A stretch of 64,000 bases of DNA from Camelus dromedarius (taxonomy: Eukaryota). The notes under the pieces were generated by a model. It had not been told where the DNA came from and searched no databases. It worked only from the letters and a program-made list of their open reading frames with translations. The stretch lies in assembly GCF_036321535.1 (NCBI RefSeq), contig NC_087436.1, positions 111,912,001 to 111,976,000 of the forward strand, given 5' to 3'. The translations under genes and the position numbers were made by a program. This document shows, piece after piece, positions 58,550-64,000 of the stretch. The first letter of the stretch is position 1, and the number at the start of each line of letters is the position of its first letter.

Positions 58550-58900
58550 GAATGCAAACTAATTTAACCAAAGCCAAACATAATTAGGAGAGTAAATCTC
58601 TGCTACTGCTGTGGCTGCTGCCGCTGGAGCAGCAGCAAAAAAAAAAAAAAAAAAAAAAAAAGTCATAGACCGCATTCCAAAATGAAATCTGGTCCAGTGG
58701 CTTTCTGGACCCCCTGCTGTTAGTGTAATGGCTGTGCCTGTGCGGGCTGCCCCCTGCCTCCCCAGCCTGGGAGGGGAAGAGTTAATTGCACAGGGGCACC
58801 CCTTTACTGTCAGCGGCGTCAAGAGAAAGTCCGCCCAACACATGTGCTAGTGCATAAAGCTTCCATGCTAATGCCATTTGACGCCAGATCCTGCTTCTTT
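58550..58900. promoter_or_regulatory. Candidate conserved non-coding island
   Basis: Repeat-free; TAATTA 58581-58586, TTAATTG near 58782, CTGTCA 58807-58812; CpGs retained; embedded A25. Confidence 0.35.
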
Positions 58901-59859
58901 CCTTTGTCCATTTGCTCCTTAGTTTCTTTGTTCATTCTTTCATTCATTTATTCACTCGTTCATCCATCTACCAATGCTTGCCCAGCTCTGCTGGCGTGCC
59001 AGGCACTGTGCAGGGTGTTTGAATTACCTCAGAGAGAAGAAGTGTGGGTGTGAGATGACTTGGGGGTTCTGCAATTTGGGGAGGACTAGTTTAGGATCTA
59101 AGGTGCCCCCTGGGTTCTCCTGTTTCTGATGAGACACTCGGATACAGCCCGTCCCAGGACAGGAAGGCTCAGCCTGTGAAGAGCTGGCACGGCAAGCACT
59201 TTCCTCTGACTTTAGTTTTACATTCACTCAGGTTGCTGGAGGTGGGGGAATCTGGTGTAGATTACACAGAGCACCCCCTTCCCATAACCACCCCCGAAGT
59301 CCCTCGTCAGCCATCCTTTGGCATCTCCTCCCCACGGAGATCATAGTCTCGTGTTAATAGATACCCAGCTCCTTGGGCGCTCTTGCCATAGAGGAAAGGC
59401 TATGGAAAACGCTCTTGGGACCCTCTTGAAGCCAGATATCACACATCTGCCTGGGTCTTGATGCCTGACTCCTATCCCAGTGCCTAAACTTCAATACTGT
59501 ACGGCGAACGCCATCAGCAGCAGAGGAGTGAAGTCCCCTGCAGCCAGGAAAGGGGGTGATGGAACATAGCCGAACTTAGTGACATTCAAACCTAAGTGGT
59601 GGGAAGCAATCTGAATTCAGTCCTTTTCCAGACAATACTCACAGAGCAGGGAGTGCCGGCAGTGCCCACGGAGATGTGCTGACGCTACGGCAGTCCTGCA
59701 AGGCGGTAAAAGGAGTCCCTCTTTGAGTAACAAAATCCAGGCTCAACCCACAAGAGGTGACCTGCCAGTGCCACGTGCCTGCTAAGTGGTAGAAATAGGG
59801 TTTTGATGAAGGTTTGCCCTTCTGTTGCTTCTGCGGTATCCTATACTTTCCTTGTAAGA

Positions 59860-60050
59860 AATTGTGTCCCACCCTGTCTTTATTACCTGTTGATTATTGG
59901 GCGATCTTTCTGTTTGGCCGTCTGCTTCTTGAGGCAGGGCTGCATTTTTAGATTCCCTCTACGTCCCCAGCCCTGAGCACAATCCCTGATGTGGTGTAGC
60001 TCTTTGGTACATATTTATGGACTAAAAGGAAACAAATGAATAAATGCCTC
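59860..60050 (+). mobile_element. L2 3' end
   Basis: cttcttgaggcagggctgc...gtccccagccctgagcacaatccctga...aaatgaataaatg. Confidence 0.75.
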
Positions 60051-60647
60051 TTCAGCACCTGGTACTTCTTCTGTCCTCCATAGCAGCCTTAAAAAAAAAA
60101 TTGGAGCTTTCTTGCAGAGAAGATGTTCCCTTTTGTTTTCTGATTTGCTTTATTTAAATATCAACAATGGGCCCCTCCCCTTCAGGGCCTGTGAGACAAC
60201 TGTGCTTCTGGGGCAAGACAGATGAGAGAAGGAGGGTGGGCTGGGTCATCACTCTGCTGGTGCCAGGGATGCGGGAGGAGATCCTGCAGGACTCGGGGTG
60301 CAGGTTGGTGTGGGGAGGAGAGGCAGGAGTCTTTTCCAAGGACGGGAAGGCTCGGCCATTTGGGGAGCTCCCAGTTGTTCTAAGTCTTGTATCAATACGG
60401 AGAGGGAGGGGAGGGGGCAGCTGGAGAACGTAGATCCTGATCGTGCGGCTCTTTGCCTTGTCTTAGCCCTTAACGTCCCCGCCATGTCCCCGCCACGGCC
60501 CTTAGAACATGCTCCTTGATTTCTCTGTTTGCCAGGATGCTCTTGTGCGTGTGTCGCCAGCCAGCAGGGAGACTAAAAATGCACTCGTGGCGGTAAGACC
60601 TGTTTGCATCTCCAGGCTCAGCTTCTCTGCACATGAGAGAGTCACAG

Positions 60648-61195
60648 TGTAGGCGAGGCATCAGTCATTTTCCTCTCCCACTCTCTTAGGTTGTCTGGCT
60701 GGGGCCCTGCAAATTAGACTGATTCACAAGAGATTTACATGAGAAACACAAACAGGAGTTTATTAGCACACACATACGAGTGGGAGCATTCCGTGATGAG
60801 TGACTCACCGAGGCGGTTAGAACTTGGGCTTACATAGCTTCTCAACGTAAGACCGATACATCTGTAGAGAAGTGACAAGACAAAGGAAAAGGACTTTGAG
60901 TTACTGTGAGAAGGCAACGATGTGGGGAAGTCACAGAAGACAAGGGCTAGTTGATAAAGTTTGTTATGTAGGTTCCTCTGGTGTTAAAAAGGGTCTAGAG
61001 TTGTCTCTGGTGGTTAACGTCTGTCCCTGGTAGAGATGGGGGGGTGGGTATCTTGACAAATTCATGTCCAGCTTTTAAGCAAATACAGGGGAAGGCAGAG
61101 GTCTTCCTTGTATCTGCTTTCTCTCAGTTGCCTTCAGTGCTAAATAATCCTTATGCCAAAGTGGTGAATTTTGAGGTGGCGTATTCTGGTCCCCA
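60648..61195 (-). mobile_element. MER34-family ERV1 solo LTR, essentially full length
   Basis: tgtaggcgagg...ggctggggccctgcaaattagactga...; ctcagttgccttcagtgctaaataatccttatgccaaagtggtgaattttgaggtggcgtattctg is the reverse complement of the MER34 5' end. Confidence 0.85.
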
Positions 61196-61199
61196 GTAG

Positions 61200-61350
61200 T
61201 CAGCTGATGTGCACTGGGCACCCACAAGTGCCAGCAGCTCAGGGCTGCAGCAGGGCGCACAGTGGACAAAACTCTCTGCTTTACTGAGCTCACATTCTCA
61301 TTGGGGTAAGACAGGCAATAAACAAATAAACATACAGGAGAGCAGATGCT
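61200..61350 (-). mobile_element. L2 3' end
   Basis: gggcacccacaagtgccagc...gacaaaactctctgctttactgagctcacattct...agacaggcaataaacaaataaac. Confidence 0.75.
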
Positions 61351-62654
61351 CAAAACTTTTGTGGTGGCTAATGATGCCGGCCGCAGCGTTCGCCAGCTCC
61401 GCTAATGAGTCTCCCTGGAAACCTGAGTGGTTGATAAGGGTACTAAGAACCTAGAAAAGTCCTACTAGCAGATTGGCTGGCTTATGAGTTAAGGAGCCTG
61501 TGGCTCATGATGGATGCAGGATTCCATCAATTATGTTCTGGCCAGGAAGAAATTCAATTAAAATGTATATGTTTAAACTTTCTTCTCAAGGTATTTGTTC
61601 CAGAAATCAGAGCTCCGTTTTAGCAGTTGTTAATATCAGGAAATGAATATCTGATTACATTTTTCGAAGGCGAGTCCCTTAGCAGCAGGTGGACTCGCAT
61701 CTTATCATATCTTCTGCATAATTCATTTTGGGGGAAGTCCCTTGAGTTTTGCTTTCAAAAGTTGAGGAGAAAAATGAAGCTGGTTTGGGGGTCATAAGGG
61801 TTTTTAACCTTTCAGGATAAGCAAAAACACTGCATGTGATTCCAGGAACAGACCCTGAAATGTGGAGAAATGACAGAGGAGCCAGGTCATTCTCTCTTGT
61901 CTGGGGTGAGTGCGGAGAGCAAGGTGGAGGGAGTGTCAGCCTGCGGAAAGCCAGCGAGCAAGGCACTCTCCATGCTGCCTTGTTTATCCATCATGCATTT
62001 CTCAGGAGCCACTTTGCTTACTTGGCTAGAAATTATTCTCATCCCAGGAACATTCCAGAACATTGTTTTCTCTGCTTTTGCCTTTTGCCTGGTGCAGCAG
62101 CTGTCCTGCCATAGAAGCCACAATAAGCGATGCTTGCATGTTGCATTTTGGGCTGTTTGTTGAGCTAGAAATGGGTACCTGCCACTGTGCGTGACACATC
62201 CGTCCTCAGCACAGAGCCCTTCTGTGTCTTAGCCAAGCACAAGGGATTCTCCTGTGAGCTGGCCCTGTCCTCTTCTGTACTGGAACTAAGACCCAGGAAA
62301 ACACTAGGTGATGGTTGGAACTGGTTTGAACTTTCTTTGGTCCCGGCTGTGGACCGGGACCAAAGAGGACCCGGGTAACTGTGGCCTGGCCTGGGGTCAT
62401 TGGGACTCTTGGATGGGGCCATGTTTTCATGCCAACATTTTCTTCATGTCCCCTTTAATTGAACCACCCAGAGAATTTCTTCCAGGCTTTTAAAAAATAA
62501 ATATATTTGTGCAAAATTGAGGTTATGAAATATACATCTACATGTATATGTATAGCTTTGCATAGTGCTTACTTCATTCAGTATTGATGTATGCTCTTCC
62601 TGTGATAGTAGCAATTGGAAAATAACTCTTTCCTCAATTATAAACAACACCCAT

Positions 62655-63018
62655 TGCCTTAGTCCACTTGGGCAGCTGGAACAAAATACCATAAGCTGAG
62701 TTGCTTAAAAACAATGGAAATGTACTTTTCACTGTTCTGGAGGCTGGACGTCCACGATCAGGGTGCCAGTGTGGTCAGGTCCTGGTGAGGGTTCTTGTCC
62801 AGTTTCAGAGAGCTATCTTCTCATTCTAACCCCACGTAGCAGAAGGAAGGAAGCGGCTAGGGAGCTCTGTGGGTCCTCTTGTAAAAGGGCATTAATCTGG
62901 TATATGAGGGCTCCACCCTCATGCCCTAGGCACCTCCCAGAGGCCCCATCATCTAATTCCATCACACTGGGCATAAGTTTTAACATATGAATTTGAGGGC
63001 ACAAACATTCAAACCCAT
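62655..63018 (-). mobile_element. MaLR solo LTR (MLT1A-like)
   Basis: cttagtccacttgggcagctggaacaaaataccata...gttctggaggctggacgtccacgatcagggtgcca...gagggctccaccctcatg...aacatatgaatttgagggcacaaacattca. Confidence 0.92.
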
Positions 63019-63769
63019 TTATTGAAGGAAATTAGACAGGGTGGGGGATTGGAAGGCACTGAAGGGAGGCAGAGCCAAGGGGTGTGGCCATCTACACCCA
63101 GGGTACCAAGGCTTCCACACTCCTCCAGTAATGAAGTAAACAAAGTCTTGTAGTGAAGAAAAAAAAATGGATGTTTCCGTCACTACTTTAGGGAGACTAA
63201 AAACAAGTGCAGAAGCACACGGGGTATATGACAGGCTGAGGATGGAGTGGATGGGAGAAATCAGAAGGAAGAGGTAGATGAGTTACCATGGCAGGTTGGG
63301 ACGAGACCTCGGAGATCCTCAAACGGTGTACTGAGGAACTGGAACTTTATTTTCTGAGTAGGACATTTTGTTCAAGGCTTTGACCAGTGGAGAGAAGGAC
63401 CAGGTGTGGGCTTCAGGAGGTACATAGTGTTCCTGTTGCACACAGCCTGTGGCCACCTCTGCCTCTGTGGTGGTTGCCGGGTCCTGAGCCTCTCCTCATG
63501 ACAGAAAGGAAGAAGGAAAGGATCTGAGGTTGTGGCTGGAGACCTGAAGGCTTGGGACCAGCATCTGACACCCTAGAAAGAGATGTGCATCTTATCTTTC
63601 CCTGGAGACCAGGCACCGGCCTGGAGGTCTGGAATGCCGTCATCATGTGCTCCTTTGGAGATCACTTCAGCTAGTGCATAACCCCAGATTCGGCAGGTCC
63701 AAACCCTGAGATCCAGGGAGTGGAGCAAATTAGAGAGACATGGCAATGGTCGTCAGAGCACATCTCTGT

Positions 63770-63930
63770 GGGTGAGCTAGTTGCTTGTCTCTTCAATCCT
63801 CAGTGTCTTCATCTGTAAAATGGGACAATAGACTACGAACCACACAATGTTGCAGATGGGGTTAAATGACCCAAAGCACATAAAATATTTAGGACTGGTG
63901 CTCAGCACGGCAAACAGCAACAGTAACTAC
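63770..63930 (+). mobile_element. MIR SINE
   Basis: cctcagtgtcttcatctgtaaaatgggacaatag. Confidence 0.85.
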
Positions 63931-64000
63931 AATCCCTGTCCTCTTCCCCCTCAGTGTTATTATTCCTGCGGTGGAGGTGGTAGAGTATCAGCGGCATAGA

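Noticed and set aside
58614..58661. GCTGCTGC/GCAGCAGC hairpin plus A25 as an intrinsic terminator
   Set aside because: Eukaryotic context, and the U-tract would precede rather than follow the hairpin on the minus strand.
1..64000. Novel multi-gene system, operon, CRISPR array or defence island
   Set aside because: The sequence is mammalian non-coding DNA. There are no long ORFs (maximum 177 aa) and no regularly spaced repeat-spacer array.

Overview
Mammalian (eutherian) non-coding genomic DNA, very probably camelid (alpaca/llama/camel). The basis is three tRNA-Ala-derived SINEs of the camelid Vic-1 type and young cetartiodactyl-type L1 3' ends. I find no credible protein-coding exon or intact gene. 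The supplied ORFs are chance ORFs or translations of transposon fossils (L1 ORF2p C-terminus, Charlie/hAT transposase remnant). The window is a dense mosaic of ancient repeats: MIR, L2, CR1/L3, old L1, HAL1, MaLR and ERV1 LTRs, and hAT and mariner MITEs, with several clear nested insertions. It is interrupted by about eight repeat-free, motif-rich islands that look like conserved non-coding (enhancer) elements, as expected in a large intron or gene desert near a developmental regulator. The host locus cannot be named from sequence alone. Repeat subfamily names come from recalled consensus sequences, not from a search. Boundaries are approximate (tens of bp) unless a TSD or TIR is quoted. I see no evidence for a novel multi-gene system. 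The best leads are candidate enhancers, a UG-repeat-flanked cryptic exon, a MER53/miR-1302-like hairpin and an atypically integrated tail-less SINE.
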